DNA of 64,000 nucleotides from Eledone cirrhosa (Eukaryota). The stretch is from positions 33,294,001 through 33,358,000 of the forward strand of contig OZ024742.1 of NCBI GenBank assembly GCA_964016885.1. The letters are read 5' to 3'. The position numbers and the translations under genes are program-made. The notes beneath the pieces are model-generated. The model was not told where the DNA came from, did not search any database, and saw only the letters and a list, made by a program, of their open reading frames with translations. Within the stretch, counting starts at the first letter, position 1; every line of letters begins with the position of its first letter. Shown piece by piece: positions 14,005 through 29,371 of the stretch.

Positions 14005-14364
14005 GAGAGAAAGAGAGAAAGATGGAGAGAAAAATAGAGAAACAGACAGAAGACAGAGAGACAGATAGATAATGGGACAGGCAGAGGATAAGATAGAGAG
14101 AAAACAAAAATGAGAGAGAGAAAGAGAAAGTGAGAGTGAGTAAGTGAGAGAGAGTGAGTGAGAACGAGAGAGAGAGAGAGTGAGTGAGTGAGAGGAAGAG
14201 AGAGACAGAGAGTAAGAGAGTGAATGAGAGAGAGAGAGTGAATGAGTGAGAAAGAGAGAGTGAGTGAGAGAGAGAGAAAGATGTGAGAGAGAGAAAGAGT
14301 GAGTGAGAGAGAGAGAGAGAGAGAGTGAGAGAGAGAAAGAGAGAGAGAGAGTGGGTGAGTGAGG

Positions 14365-14420
<56 letters not shown>

Positions 14421-14440
14421 GAAAGAGAGAGAAGGAGACT
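14005..14440. repeat. (GA)n/(GAGT)n low-complexity tract
   Basis: Direct inspection. Confidence 0.95.
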
Positions 14441-14730
14441 CATTTGAGATCTAGTGAGAGATGTAGAAGAGTTTGTGTAAGAGGTAGTTCTAATAAGGGG
14501 TTGAGAGAACAGCTAGTTAGTCCAGATAAATAGACTAGATTGTTAGGAATAGTTATAAAACATACAAAATATGGACATTTTAACCAATCCTTTCCTACCT
14601 GGCACCAACCTAGAGTTTTTGTTGTTGTTATTTTTTCTCTGTATTACGCTCCCCCCAACCGCCAATGTTTAAAAAAAAATTATTTAATATTCTGAAGCAT
14701 ATAGACAATATGCCCTCACCCCCTCCCACA

Positions 14731-15165
14731 GCAAAAAAGCACCTAGCCTACACTGTAAAGTGGACGTGTAGGCGCCACGGGAAAAAAGCACCCAGCACAC
14801 ACTGTAAAGTGTACGTGTAGGCGCCACGGGAAAAAAGCACCCAGCCCACACTGTAAAGTGGACATGTAGGCGCCACGGGAAAAAAGCACCCAGCACTCAC
14901 TGCAAAGTGGTCGTGGAGGTGTCACGGGAAAAAAGCACCCAGCACTCACTGCAAAGTGGTCGTGGAGGTGTCACGGGAAAAAAGCACCCAGCACTCACTG
15001 TAAATGAGGTTGGTGTTAGGAAGGGCATCCAGCTGTAAAAATCAAGCCAGAATCAGTTCCCGTATGAGCAAGACATGGTTAACCGACCGGGCACTGCCCA
15101 CAACAGGACAACCCGTCTATCCCATGCTAGCGTGGAAGAATGGACGTAAAATGATGATGATGATT
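14731..15165 (+). mobile_element. RTE-type 3' tail with ~6 tandem copies of a ~49-bp unit
   Basis: gggaaaaaagcacccagcacacactgtaaagtggacgtgtaggcgccac repeated, then the standard tail. Confidence 0.8.
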
Positions 15166-15713
15166 CTTAATATGAAGAACAAACCGCAAAAGATAGTATG
15201 TTTAGAATTTACCAGAGGAGAACTAGGACGCTAAAAAGAACCAACTAAAACAACAACAAAATCCTGATCCAAAGATCTGGAGAGAGCTACAATACATCAA
15301 TAACAAAACTCCTGAAACAATTTTTTTTTTTTTTTTTTTTTTTCATAAAACATTTTTACTATTTGTTATATATTTCGTTTCCATATTTATTTTATGCACA
15401 ATCAATGATATTTATAAAAAAAAAAAAAAAGTAAAGAAATAATGAATAAAATAAATATATATATATATATTAAAAAAATCTAACAGCAACAACAACAACA
15501 ACACTAGATACTAAAATAAAAATCCCTACAGTGATCTAAATAAAGGTTTTAACTTTCTCTCAGAAACAATTTTTATTCAGCAGCTTAATGTGCCATGACA
15601 TATGGTGAAAGTTTTATCCTCAAACACATCAGATTTCCCTCATCAAAATGTGGTAGAGCTATTTTTAAAGGGGATCGAGGGGGAGGAAAAAGGACTAGGA
15701 TAAATAAGACAAA

Positions 15714-17036
15714 GTGGTAGTGGTGGTGATGGTGGTGGTGGTGGTGATGATGATGGTGATGATGGTGGTGATGGTGGTGGTGGTGATGTGATGATGGTGA
15801 TGATGGTGGTGGTGGTGGTGATGATGGGGATGATGGTGGTGGTGGTGGTGGTGATGGTGGCACTGGCGGTGATGATGGTGGTGATGATGGTGGCGATGGT
15901 GGTGATGATGGTGGTGGTGGTGATGTGATGATGGTGGTGATGGTGGTGGTGGTGATGATGGGGATGATGGTGGTGATGGTGGTGGTGATGTGATGATGGT
16001 GGTGATGGTGGTGGTGGTGATGATGGTGATGATGGTGGTGATGGTGGTGGTGGTGGTGGTGATGTGATGATGGTGGTGATGGTGGTGATGATGGTGGTGG
16101 TGGTGGTGATGTGATGATGGTGGTGATGGTGGTGGTGGTGATGATGGGGATGATGGTGGTGATGATGGGGATGATGGTGGTGATGGTGGTGGTGGTGGTG
16201 GTGATGATGGTGATGATGGTGGTGATGGTGGTGGTGGTGTGATGATGGTGGTGATGATGGGGATGATGGTGGTGATGATGGGGATGATGGTGGTGATGGT
16301 GGTGGTGGTGGTGATGATGGTGATGATGGTGGTGATGGTGGTGGTGGTGGTGGTGTGATGATGGTGGTGATGGTGGTGGTGGTGATGATGGTGATGATGG
16401 TGGTAATAATAGTGATGATGATGATGATGATAGTGGTAATAATGGTGATGATGATGATGGTGGTAATAATGGTGATGATGATGATGATGATGGTGGTAAT
16501 GATGATGATGATGATGATAGTGGTAATAATGGTGATGATGATGATGATGGTGGTGGTAATAATAGTGATGATGATGATGATGATAGTGGTAATAATAGTG
16601 ATGATGATGATGATGATAGTGGTAATAATAGTGATGATGATGATGATGATAGTGGTAATAATAGTGATGATGATGATGATGATAGTGGTAATAATGGTGA
16701 TGATGATGATGATGGTGGTAATAATGGTGATGATGATGATGATGATGGTGGTAATAATAGTGATGATGATGATGATGGTGGTAATAATGGTGATGATGAT
16801 GATGATGATGGTGGTAATAATAGTGATGATGATGATGATGATGGTGGTAATAATAGTGATGATGATGATGATGGTGGTAATAATGGTGATGATGATGATG
16901 ATGATGGTGGTAATAATAGTGATGATGATGATGATGATGGTGGTAATAATGGTGATGATGATGATGATGATGGTGGTAATAATAGTGATGATGATGATGA
17001 TGATGGTGGTAATAATGGTGATGATGATGATGATAG
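15714..17036. repeat. Compound (GGT/GAT/AAT)n trinucleotide array with higher-order units
   Basis: Direct inspection; ~30-33-bp unit ggtaataatagt(gat)n in the right half. Confidence 0.97.
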
Positions 17037-17226
17037 TGTGTATATAGAAATAGAGATGAACCATCATTTTCAATTGAACAACAACAAAAAAACATGTCTG
17101 GAAGTTGAGAGGGAGGGTTATATGGCGTGATTGAGGAGGTAGGTACAGAGGAGAAATTAGAATATAAAATAAAGATAATAATATAATAAACAAAAGATAA
17201 TAAACAAAAAAAATGAACAAAAACAA

Positions 17227-17268
<42 letters not shown>

Positions 17269-17298
17269 TATATATACATATTTTTTTTGTTTTTGTTC

Positions 17299-17351
<53 letters not shown>

Positions 17352-17430
17352 CATACATGTATATATATATATACATACATGTATATATATATATACATAC
17401 ATGTATATATATATATACATATATATATAT

Positions 17431-17726
17431 ATCATCATCATCATCATCATCATCATCAACGTTTAACGTCCGTGTTCCACGCTTGCATGGGTTTGGACGG
17501 GGGTAGTCCCACTTGAGGCAAGAGTGATTGTCTTGCTCGCATAGGACTGTCTGGCAGGTTTTCTACAGTTGGATGCCCTTCCTAACACCAACCACATTTA
17601 CAGTGTGGGTCTGGGGGGTTTTTACCGTGTTGCCTACACGGCCACATTACAGCGTGGACTGAGTGTTTTTTTGTCGTGACACCTACACGATCTCATTTGT
17701 TTCGGCCTCGATGGCGCGGCACCAAC

Positions 17727-17727
<1 letters not shown>
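17431..17727 (-). mobile_element. RTE 3' UTR copy embedded in (TA)n
   Basis: Reverse complement of the 32160-33560 tail with a single unit. Confidence 0.82.
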
Positions 17728-19192
<1,465 letters not shown>

Positions 19193-19722
19193 TGGTTAAT
19201 TTGTCATGATAAAGGAATAATGAAGAAGGCCTCAATATAAAGAAATCTTAATGTAAAACAATTCCATATAAATAAAGGGTTGTATTAAAAAATAGATGAC
19301 ATGTTTCTTTGTTGCATATTGCACCTAGTTATTTCACTCATATATGTAGTATGTTCCTAGCTTGCCTGGTGTGGCCAGGCTGCAGGAAGAGGTTAAAAGG
19401 TTTTCAATAAACAATGTATATACACATATACATTAAGATAACCTGAATTTTCATTAACAATTTAGGATTTTGCAAGAGATGAAAAAAAAGATGGATGTTG
19501 TGTGTGGGTGATGGATAGGTGGGATTTGGGGGATAGAGTTTGATATATAACTTTTAGACACATCAATAATCGCATCTATTATATATATATTTCAAAAACT
19601 ATGAGATTTTGTTTACATGTATTTAGCTTTTTATTGTGTATCGACCCGTTACACGTGTTTTGCAGAGGACTGGCTCAAGGTTACCCATAGAAGTTATGAT
19701 CCTGACCCCATATATCTATATC

Positions 19723-19795
<73 letters not shown>

Positions 19796-19804
19796 TTATT
19801 GAAG

Positions 19805-20234
19805 GTGCATGGTTAGAGCATTGGGCTTGCAATCAAAAGGTTGAGAGTTCAATTCTCGGACCGGGTGATGTGTTGCTTCCTTGAGCAAGACACTTTATTT
19901 CACATTGCTCCAGTTTACTCAGCTGTAAAAATGAAATGATAGGGACTAGGGTCCCTATCATTCCACTGCAAAGTGGTTGTGGAGGTGCCACGGAAAAAAA
20001 GCACCCAGCACTCACTGTAAAGTGGACGTGTAGGTGCCACGGAAAAAAAAGCACTCAGCACTCACTGTAAATGAGGTTGGTGTTAGGAAGGGCATCCAGC
20101 TGTAGAAATCAAGCCAGAATCAGTTCCCGTATGAACAAGACCAGGTCAGCTGACCGGACACTGCCCACAACAGGACAACCCGTCTAACCCATGCTAGCGT
20201 GGAAGAACGGACGTAAAACGGTGATGATGATGAT
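19805..20234 (+). mobile_element. tRNA-head CORE-like SINE with RTE-derived tail (second copy ~21200-21515)
   Basis: B-box gagttcaattc, CORE-like ccttgagcaagacactttatttcacattgctccag, then RTE-type tail and (GAT)n. Confidence 0.75.
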
Positions 20235-20611
20235 ATAACAAACTTAATATTTAATAAAGAAATAGTTTCTACAGGACTAGAACTATTTCATTCGAAGGAA
20301 ATTATCAGGAAAGCTTATATATTAAATTTGTTGTATACACTCTACTAATGTATTGAGCACCTTACTTACTGTGGTTACCCCCGATTAAACTCGGGACTCA
20401 CATATTTCACACACACATACACATATATATAAATATATATAATAGGCATAAATAAATTGAAATAAAATCAACTCAAGTTTGTTGTCTCATGCTTTCAACT
20501 ATGATCCAATGATTTTCTTAAAAGAAAAAAACAAACAAAACAACAACAAAAAACAAAGAGACAAATAAACAAAAATGTATTTAGAAGTAAAAAATGAAAT
20601 TTATTTTTGCT

Positions 20612-20785
20612 CTGGTAGAGGGTTGGATGCCATGATTTGATGCGTAGAGTTACGGCCCTTGCCATTCTGAGTTCAAATCCCGCCGAGGTTAACTTTGCCT
20701 TTCATCCTTACGGGGTCGATAAAATAAAGTACCAGTAATACACTGGGTAATTGCTGGCCTTGTGCCAATAGTAGAAACAATTATC
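20612..20785 (+). mobile_element. tRNA-derived SINE with Nin/Deu-like domain
   Basis: B-box gagttcaaatcc + gcctttcatccttacggggtcgataaaataaagtaccag; tail gtagaaacaatt. Confidence 0.8.
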
Positions 20786-21635
20786 ATGGAAACAACAATA
20801 ACTATATTGGTGTCATACATATGACAAGGCAGTAAGTAATCAGAACATAACATTATTACTTACATTACTAATTATACCTATACAGCTGCTTCAAACCATA
20901 AAGAAAATATACTAATTGTCATAGTTAAAATAAACAATATAATTAGCAAATAAAAGACATGGTTTTTTTTTTTTATCAGTAGTTATATCCTTTTTGTACT
21001 ACCAAATATAAGCTATCTATTAGCAATTATGTTGATAACTGACTTGTATGTGTTGTGTTGTCAAGTTAAGCTAGTAACGCCATGCTGGAATAGATGACAC
21101 ACAATGTGCATTTTAGCATCAAATGTGGTTTGAGCAAAGAGGTTCATAGGAGAGCTAGAAATAGCTTAGCAACTCCGTCAAATATATATATATATATATA
21201 TTGACCTTGCAATCGAAAGGTTGTGAGTTCAATTCTCAGACCGGGTGATATGTTGTTTCCTTGAGCAAGACACTTTATTTCACATTGCTCCAGTTTACTC
21301 AGCTGTAGAAATGAGATGATAGGGACTGGGGTCCCTATCATTCCACTGCAAAGTTGTGGAGGTGCCATGGCAAAAAAAGCACCCAGCACTCGCTGTAAAT
21401 GAGGTTGGTGTTAGGAAGGGCATCCAGCTGTAGAAATCAAGCCAGAATCTGTTCCTGTCCCACCCTTGCAAGCAGGGAAAAGCGGACGTAAAATGATGAT
21501 GATGATGATGATGATAATATATATAAATCAGAGTAGAACCAGTTTGAAACTAGTTAGACTATTACTCAATTGTGTACTCAATAGTGGAAATAGCTGTTGA
21601 AATGGAGTCGGGTCCTGACTCTTTATTATATATAT

Positions 21636-22228
21636 AATAATAATGAAATTATTGTGTACAGTGCTCAGGTGCACTACCACTCATCAAAGGTGTATGTATA
21701 GTACATAGAATAATTGTTTCTACTTTTGGCACAAGGTCAGCAATTAACCTAGTGCATTAATGGAACTTTATTTTATTGGCCCAATAAGGATGAAAAGGCA
21801 AAGTGAACCTAGCAGGATTTGAATCCAGACCGTAAAGGGCCATAACTCTATGCTACAAACATGGTGCTCTACTGATACTGCCAATCCACCACCCTCATAT
21901 CATTATCGTAATGTATAAATGTTAGGAAAATGAACAGTGTATGAATCAAGATAGACACACAGATACATGCGTGCGTGTGTATAGAGGTGAAATATCAGGT
22001 GTAGTGTTGGCGAATTTCGGGAAACATGGAGGTTTTGAAGGATGCAGTGTCCGACAGCTAACAACTGATGCAGGTAGTTTGTTCCATGCTTCAGCAACTC
22101 TGAGCATGAAAATATGTTTCCAAAAGTCATGGGAACGGTGCTGTTTTCTGACTTTGTAGGCATGTCCACGTGTGTTAGACACATGGAAATAAAAAAGGTA
22201 CTCAGGGTTGTTGTTGGCAAGATGGTTA
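21636..22228 (-). mobile_element. CR1-clade LINE 3' end interrupted by a Nin-type SINE (~21710-21895)
   Basis: NTRGHAYKVRK...RVAEAWNKLPASVVS, typical CR1 ORF2 C-terminus; (ATT)n tail. Confidence 0.85.
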
Positions 22229-23849
22229 CTAATTTTTGGGGTGTTTACCAAGTTAGAGTGTTGTAGTTTAGTTGAAGTAGTGTGGGATATGAAAAGTGGT
22301 TATAATTTGGAAGCTGCTACAATGTAAGTGAGGTTGTAAATATTAGGTAACAAAATTGGGTGAGAAATGAGAGGTGAGGTTGGGAGAGAAGAGGGAGAAA
22401 AACAAAATCAGAGATTATGTTATCTTGGAAATATTTATTAGTCCCAATATATTTTGGATGTATCATCTATTATCAAGGGATCCATTGGATCCTTTGGAAA
22501 ATGTATTTGCTTCTCTGAATTAGATATATTTTAGCAATCTATTTTCATTGAGATGTTATATATATTGGTGACAAATTTACTTATGTATGAGATATCATCA
22601 TCATCATCACCATTTTACGTCCGTTCTTCCACGCTAGCATGGGTTAAACTGAGAGGAATCAGATGTAGTGTGTGAGAGACTGTACATGGATGATAATCGC
22701 TGGGAGAAGAAGTGCCAAAGATTTCCAGTTGAAAGAAGCTGCAGTAGAGGAGGTCCAAGAACTGGGCTGACTGGTGAGAGATGATCTCAAATCGCTGAAG
22801 CTGACAGATGAGATGACAAAGGAGCACATGTGGAGAGATGCTGTGCTGCAAAAGACCCACCAAATCCACCAAATCCATGCAAGCATGGAAAAGCAGGCAT
22901 GAAATGATAATGATGATGATGATAATGATATATATATATCTACATCTAAGCACTTAAAACATGCTTGTTTATTTCTATGAAACCAGTGGCAACACAAGGA
23001 CAAAACAAACTGCTAATACATATTCATGTAACTGTGCACATTCAGCTTAGAATCGATACACCATATTCCTACATGTTGTAAGAAGCAACTAAAGAGTTGG
23101 TATCAGGAATGGGATCCAGCTGTAAAACATTGCCTCAAAATATCCTGTTCAACCCATGCCAGCATGAAAAAGTTGATGTAAAAACAACGATGATGATGAT
23201 GATATGTGTGTGTGTGTGTAGCTGTAAACAAAAATATTTGTCTAAGATTAGTTTATGATATCTGTTTTTCCCTCTAGCAGAGGGAACAGAAGCTGTCTGC
23301 CAATTCCTCAACAGAAAATTAAATAGCACACATAAGAGAAAATATCTACTCCCTCCAGCTACATCTTAACTAAACTAGCCACCAACCCAGCCACTAACCG
23401 ACCAGTACCAGGTTACATGCTCCCAACCCTACAGACTGGTTACCCCACCCCCTTTCACTCGTTTACTCAATCACCCAATCAATAATAGCAGCAATTATGT
23501 GGTTAATACTTTTAATACTAATCAATCAAACCAGCTTAAACGAAGCCTAGTATGAAAGCCACACCGAGCCTATGCTATTCCACCACTGCGCCTTCTTCCC
23601 ACCTCCCAACAGTCATACCAACACACATACTGCTGCACTTCTTTCCCTCCACCCATACCTCACACACATCACTGCTCCTTCCCCCCCCCCATCACACACA
23701 CACACTACTTAGCATCTATCTCCATGCTGAAAGTTTGGACAGCCTTTGGGTGTCACATCTGATCGATACGCGCGATTACACTTGACAACTGGGAACTAAG
23801 CCTTCGTTAATGATTGACAGGCTGAAGAAGGAGACGTCTGCTTCTCAAC

Positions 23850-23935
23850 ATGACGACAGTTGAAAGACTAAAAGATAGTGACAGAGAAAGTGAGGGAGAG
23901 GGGAGCTCCATTACTGATACAATTCAAGAGAAATG
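23850..23935 (+). CDS. Candidate first coding exon of an unidentified host gene (MTTVERLKDSDRESEGEGSSITDTIQEK...)
   Basis: caacATG context, in-frame upstream stop, 28 open codons, donor TG|GTAAGT; possible acceptor tttttccctctagcag| at 23280; non-repetitive surroundings. Confidence 0.45.
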
Positions 23936-24191
23936 GTAAGTATTCTAAGTCTTATAATGAAATACAATTTTTAATAATACCTTTACATACATCTCTTTTC
24001 TTTCCTCCACTTTTTTAAAGATCAAAATCAAAACCCGTTATGAGGTATGCTGCTATGTACATGTATGTGTGTGTCAGTGTGTGTGTGTGTATATATATGT
24101 ATATATATATATGTGTGTGGTGTGTATATATATATGTATATATGTGTGGTGCGGTGTGGTATATATATATATATATATATATATAATAACA

Positions 24192-24378
24192 ATAATAATT
24201 GTTTCTATGTTTGGCATAAGACCAGCAATTATCCCAGTGCATTACTGGTGCTTTATTTTATCGACTCTGTAAGAATGAAAGGCAAAGTAAACCTCAACAG
24301 GATTTGAACTCAAATCATAAAGGGCCATAACTCTATGCTGCAAAGCATGGTGTCCAGCCCTATACCGATGTTGCCAGT
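24192..24378 (-). mobile_element. Nin-type SINE
   Basis: Reverse complement of the SINE consensus with (ATT)n tail. Confidence 0.75.
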
Positions 24379-24439
24379 GAGTAAAATTTAAGTTACAGCT
24401 GTGATTAGCATATTTCGAAATCAATCTTCTGAGGCTGGC

Positions 24440-24470
<31 letters not shown>

Positions 24471-26542
24471 AATTCCTTTAAATGATTGGGTAGTTGATAG
24501 CTTTTGTTACTGTGATGATCTAATTAGCACTGGTGTTCCAGAGTAAGAATACAACACAACAAAGGTTTTAAAGCCAATTTTGCTGCTAAAGCAGCAGTTA
24601 GCCTTGCTAGCCCCATACCAAACTTAATCATACTTATGGGGTCCTTTCTAAGGCAATATTTTATGACTTTAAATGTGACTGTAAATGTGATTGGCATTAG
24701 GAAGGGCATCCAGCTGTAGAAACCAAGCCAAAAGTAGTTCTGTGTGTGCAAGCCATGGTCAGCTGACCTGGAATTTCTAACAACAGGACAACTCATCTAA
24801 CTCATGCTAGCATGGAAAAATGGACATTAAACGGTGATGATAATGTTATGTATAATCTAGTGTTAAAGAATAAACACTAATGATGAAATGAACATATATT
24901 TTAAAAAATGATGCCCTAAGAATCAACCATCACATTGAAAACATTGAGATAAGCTATCAAATGAAAGTGGTTTTTTTTTTTAGCATTTTAATCATTGGCA
25001 TTTATAATAGAAATGAAAACAATATTAAAATTATTTTTGCACTAATACCTAAATGTTATCTTGCTATGAAAGATGTATTCAGTATAATATTCGAAATTTA
25101 ATTGGGGGGTTGACAGAAAAGTTTCTGCCCAAAGTGGGTGCTGGTTGAAAAAAGGTTGGGAAACACTGGTCTAGAGGCTTAGGCCAGATCTTATCCCAGA
25201 TGCATTGGCCAATTGAGAGTACACAACTCCCCACTGAACAGAATACCAGAATACCAGGTTATCAAATTGTTAACTTGAATCTACAGCTGGCACTAATTTT
25301 TTTAGCTATTCATTTACTTAGTTATTTATTTAGATATTTAAACGTCCTATAGAGTAGATATACATACACAGATAAAAAAAAATGGGAAGGCCAACAGGAG
25401 GCAAAAGAAGCAAAGAAAAAAGATGATTTAAAAAATGGAAAGAAGAGCAGCTGTAAAAGCAGTTAAAAACTTCTGTTGTTGAATCTTTTTGTAATCTCCA
25501 TGTTCTAAAATACCTTGTTTATAGTTGATAGATCTTTGACAATATATTCTATCTCCAATCTTAGTAGATTTTTAATGATCAGCTTCAAGATGTCCACTTT
25601 CAGACTGGTAGTTTTTATATTAGGACAAATAGTGCCATAGAGTTTCTGGGCAGTTTCCACAAGAACATTGTGGTGATTCTCTGAAGTCTGTTCATGCTAA
25701 AATATAGTTCAAACCAGCATAGTCTTGTTTTTATTAACATCGCCTAGTGTCTGATATATTTTAAATGTTGACAGATCTGGCTGAGAAAGTGGAGGATTGA
25801 AATTTGAGAGCTTATCTCGAAATTCTTCCCAAATTTTTTTCCATTCTTAGTAAACTGGAGCAACATGAAATGAAGTGTCGAGCTGAAAGACACAATATGC
25901 TGCTCAGTCCAGCAACTGAACCTACAACCTTACGATGGTTAGCCTAACACTTTCATCACTAGCCATGCAGCTTCTCCTGGCAGAGTAGTTCAACTGAAAT
26001 CAGTCAGGGTCTGGGATAGGCTGATAGCTAATAAAATGGAAGAAGTTGCATCTCTCACTGAACACCTATGACCTCCTTAGGCTATAGATTTTAATAAAAA
26101 TTATCTATAAATAAATAAATACACTGAATGCATTAGAAGTCAACAGAATAATGTTTGATATTTCTGTTTCTATATTTGTAATGAAAGATACAGCTTATGA
26201 TTTCAAAATAATTTTTTTAGATAAGCAAGAATGGGGAGGGATTTAGTAAAATAACTTTCTCATTATTAAGCCTGTGTTTGGAGTATTATATAAAATTTTA
26301 GTAGAAGGCTTTTAGATAAATATAAAGACTTTCAAGATAAAGTTTTGTATTGTAGAACCAGGGCTGGTTTGAGACAGTTTGGTATCAAAAGGGTTAAGCT
26401 CAAATCAGCTTTGACTGAGAATGCTTTCAACTATGATCCAATGATTTTCTTAAAAGAAAAAACAAACAAACAAAACAACAAAAAGAAAGAGACAAATAAA
26501 CAAAAATGTATTTAGAAGTAAAAAACGAAATTTATTTTTGCT

Positions 26543-26712
26543 CCGGTAGCGGGTCGGACGTCATGCTTTGCAGCAAAGAGTTACGGCCCTTTATGGTCTG
26601 AGTTCAAATCCCGCCGAGGTTAACTTTGATCCTTATGGGGTCGATAAAATAAAGTACCAGTAATACACTGGAATAATTGCTGTCCTTGTGCCAAAAGTAG
26701 AAACAAATATTG
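26543..26712 (+). mobile_element. Nin-type SINE
   Basis: Consensus match. Confidence 0.8.
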
Positions 26713-26903
26713 TTAATATTTGGTTTGTTTACAAGTAAACAGTCTCATAACACACCACATGGTAGATGACCCCTGTCATCCTTTTGTTTCACTGGTAGCT
26801 GAGAGCAAACAATCTACCAGTGGAACAAAAGGATGACATCTTCATCTACCACGTGGTGTGTTATGAGACTGTTTACTTATAAACAAACCGAATATTAATA
26901 ATG
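26708..26903. repeat. ~90-bp-arm hairpin (MITE-like foldback)
   Basis: ...aaacagtctcataacacaccac...ctggtag / ctaccag...gtggtgtgttatgagactgttt...; 15-nt loop. Confidence 0.92.
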
Positions 26904-26936
26904 TTATTATAATATTATTATTCATTCACATTCAAA

Positions 26937-27128
26937 GGGCGAGAGATTGGCAGTATCAGTAGATCAGATGCCATGCTTTGCAGCACAGAGTTACGCCCCT
27001 TTATGGTCTGAGTTCAAATCCCGCCGAGGTTCACTTTGCCTTTCATCCTTACGGGGTCGATAAAATAAAGTACCAGTAATGTACTGGGTAATTGCTGACC
27101 TTGTGCCAAAAGTAGAAACAATTATTAT
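26937..27128 (+). mobile_element. Full-length Nin-type SINE
   Basis: A-box-like tggcagtatcagtag, B-box, Nin-like domain, attattatt tail. Confidence 0.82.
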
Positions 27129-27696
27129 TCACTCACAAATATATTTAGAAGTATAGTATTCAATATATGATAATTTGAGGTATATTTGCTGCTATTTCTA
27201 ACAAGTCAAACAATCACAAAGAGGCGTCCTGGCAGGATTCAGCACCAGAATGTTGCTATCATTAATATCACATTCTTACAATAACAAACAGCCACCATTG
27301 ATGTCTGCACAGAAATCACATAGTTACAGGTTTAGAAAAAAATATACAAAAGTTAAAAAAAAATAGCTACAGGCTTAAAAACTTAAAAAATATGGCAAGA
27401 GTTTGATTCCTTGCAAGCACCTCAGGTCACTTTTTTCTGTTTCCAGGGCTACTGTATCCAATTTTCTCAACTATTATCTATAGTAATTGACTACTGTTTT
27501 AGACATTTACGATGGGACGACTACAATTCAAATTTCAATTTTTTCCTAAGTTTCTGAAGCCAAAACAATTGTTTATACTTATAAAAACTTGAACATAGTC
27601 ATGTTTTAAATAACACACACACATATATGCATCAAGTGATCATTTTGGTACCACCACCAGTAATTCACTGAATCACATATATATATATATATATAA

Positions 27697-27983
27697 TAAT
27701 GAAAATGATAATGCAAATATTGTGTACAGTGCTCAGGTGCACTGCAACTCATCAAAGGTGCATGTATAGTACATAGAATAATGTACAAGTGTTAGGAGAG
27801 TGAACAGTGTATAAGTCATGATATACACACAGATACATGCGTGTGTGTGTATGGAGGGGTATTATCAGATGTAGTGTTGGTGAATTTCGGGAAGCATGAA
27901 GGTTTTGAAGGATGCAGTGTCCCAGCAGCTAACAACCGATGCAGGTAGTTTGTTCCATGCTTCAGCAACTCTGAACGTGAAAA
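27697..27983 (-). mobile_element. CR1 3' end
   Basis: Homologous to 21636-22110. Confidence 0.8.
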
Positions 27984-28354
27984 CTGGCACTCCGTTGGGC
28001 GACAAGTGTTCCAGTTGATATAATCAATGGAAAAGCTTGCTTATGCAATTAACGTGCAAGTGACTGAGCATTCCACAGATATGCATACCCTTAACGTAGT
28101 TCTCAGGCAGATTCGGCATGACACAGAATGTAACAAGGTTGGCCCTTTGAATTACAGGTACAACTGAGACCTGAGATCTGGCACAACAAAAGTCCAGTAC
28201 ACAGCATGTCACAATGGTGCCCCTACAACTCCATCAGGAAATGAGCTCAAGAATCATCATCATGGTCGTTTTTACATCCGCTTTTTCACACTTGCATGGG
28301 TTGGGCATATAATATACATACATGCACGCACACACTTATATCCTCATCATTGCC

Positions 28355-28555
28355 ATTTTATCTTGACACTAGAACTATTACTTTATAAAGTGGGCTAGGC
28401 ACATTTTATCTTGACATTAGAACTATTACTTTTTAGAGTGGGCTAGGTATATTTTATCTTGACACTAAAACTATTACTTTATAAAGTGGGCTAGGCACAT
28501 TTTATCTTGACACTAGAACTATTATTTTATAGAGTGGGCTAGGTACATTTTATCA
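28355..28555. repeat. ~48-bp minisatellite, ~4 units
   Basis: cattttatcttgacactagaactattactttataaagtgggctaggca repeated. Confidence 0.9.
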
Positions 28556-29371
28556 TGCACTAACACTTTACTCAGTGGACTTAGGTTATTTTATTGTGGC
28601 ATCAGCAAAGTACATTGAGTACATTCGAGTGTGGCGTTAATACTAGGGAAATCATTGGACCTGCAACTTGGCAAGGATGGAGAGTGACAGGAGTGGGGAG
28701 AGCCCTCAACAACAGAATTCTGTGCAGTTTCCATCAACTAAACTTCATTCACAAGGCATTGGTTCATCCATGGCTGTAGAAGATACTTGCTCAAGGTACC
28801 ACACAGTGGGGCTGAACTCCAAACAAACATGGTTATAAAGAAGGTGGGTTAATCACACAGCAGCCATACCTAGACAGATATTTCCAATGGATGTCTTCAT
28901 CCATCAACACTGTTTGTTTAATGAATTTGGTGATGTTTAAGTTCCTATTTTTAATTAAGTGAATGAGAGCTTTGTTGGTAATTACTTGTTAATTCGAACA
29001 TTGAACAACTTAAATCCATGTATTTAAGTTTATCTCAAACACTAGAAGCTGCAAACATTAATAAAACTACTGCTGCTACTAGTACCACCACCACTACACA
29101 ATATATATAAATATATTATATATATCATCATCATCGTGTAACGTCTATCTTCCACTCTAGCATAGGTTATCATATATATATCTATATAAGGTGAATTGGC
29201 AGCGTCGTTAAGATGTCATATAGAATGCTCTACTGTATTCCTGTCACCTCTTTGCGTGCTCTAGACATGCTGTATGATGGTGCCTCTATGACACCACAAG
29301 AGTTATGGGATCTTTATTTCATATATATAAGAAAGAAGAGGAACAAAGTATCAATATCAGATCATTATGTT

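Noticed and set aside
20265-20312. Hammerhead-like motif on minus (also CTGAAGA at ~8935)
   Set aside because: Core is degenerate and stems cannot be built convincingly.
23822-23858. CTGAAGA hammerhead-like motif
   Set aside because: No GAAA core follows; it overlaps the exon candidate.
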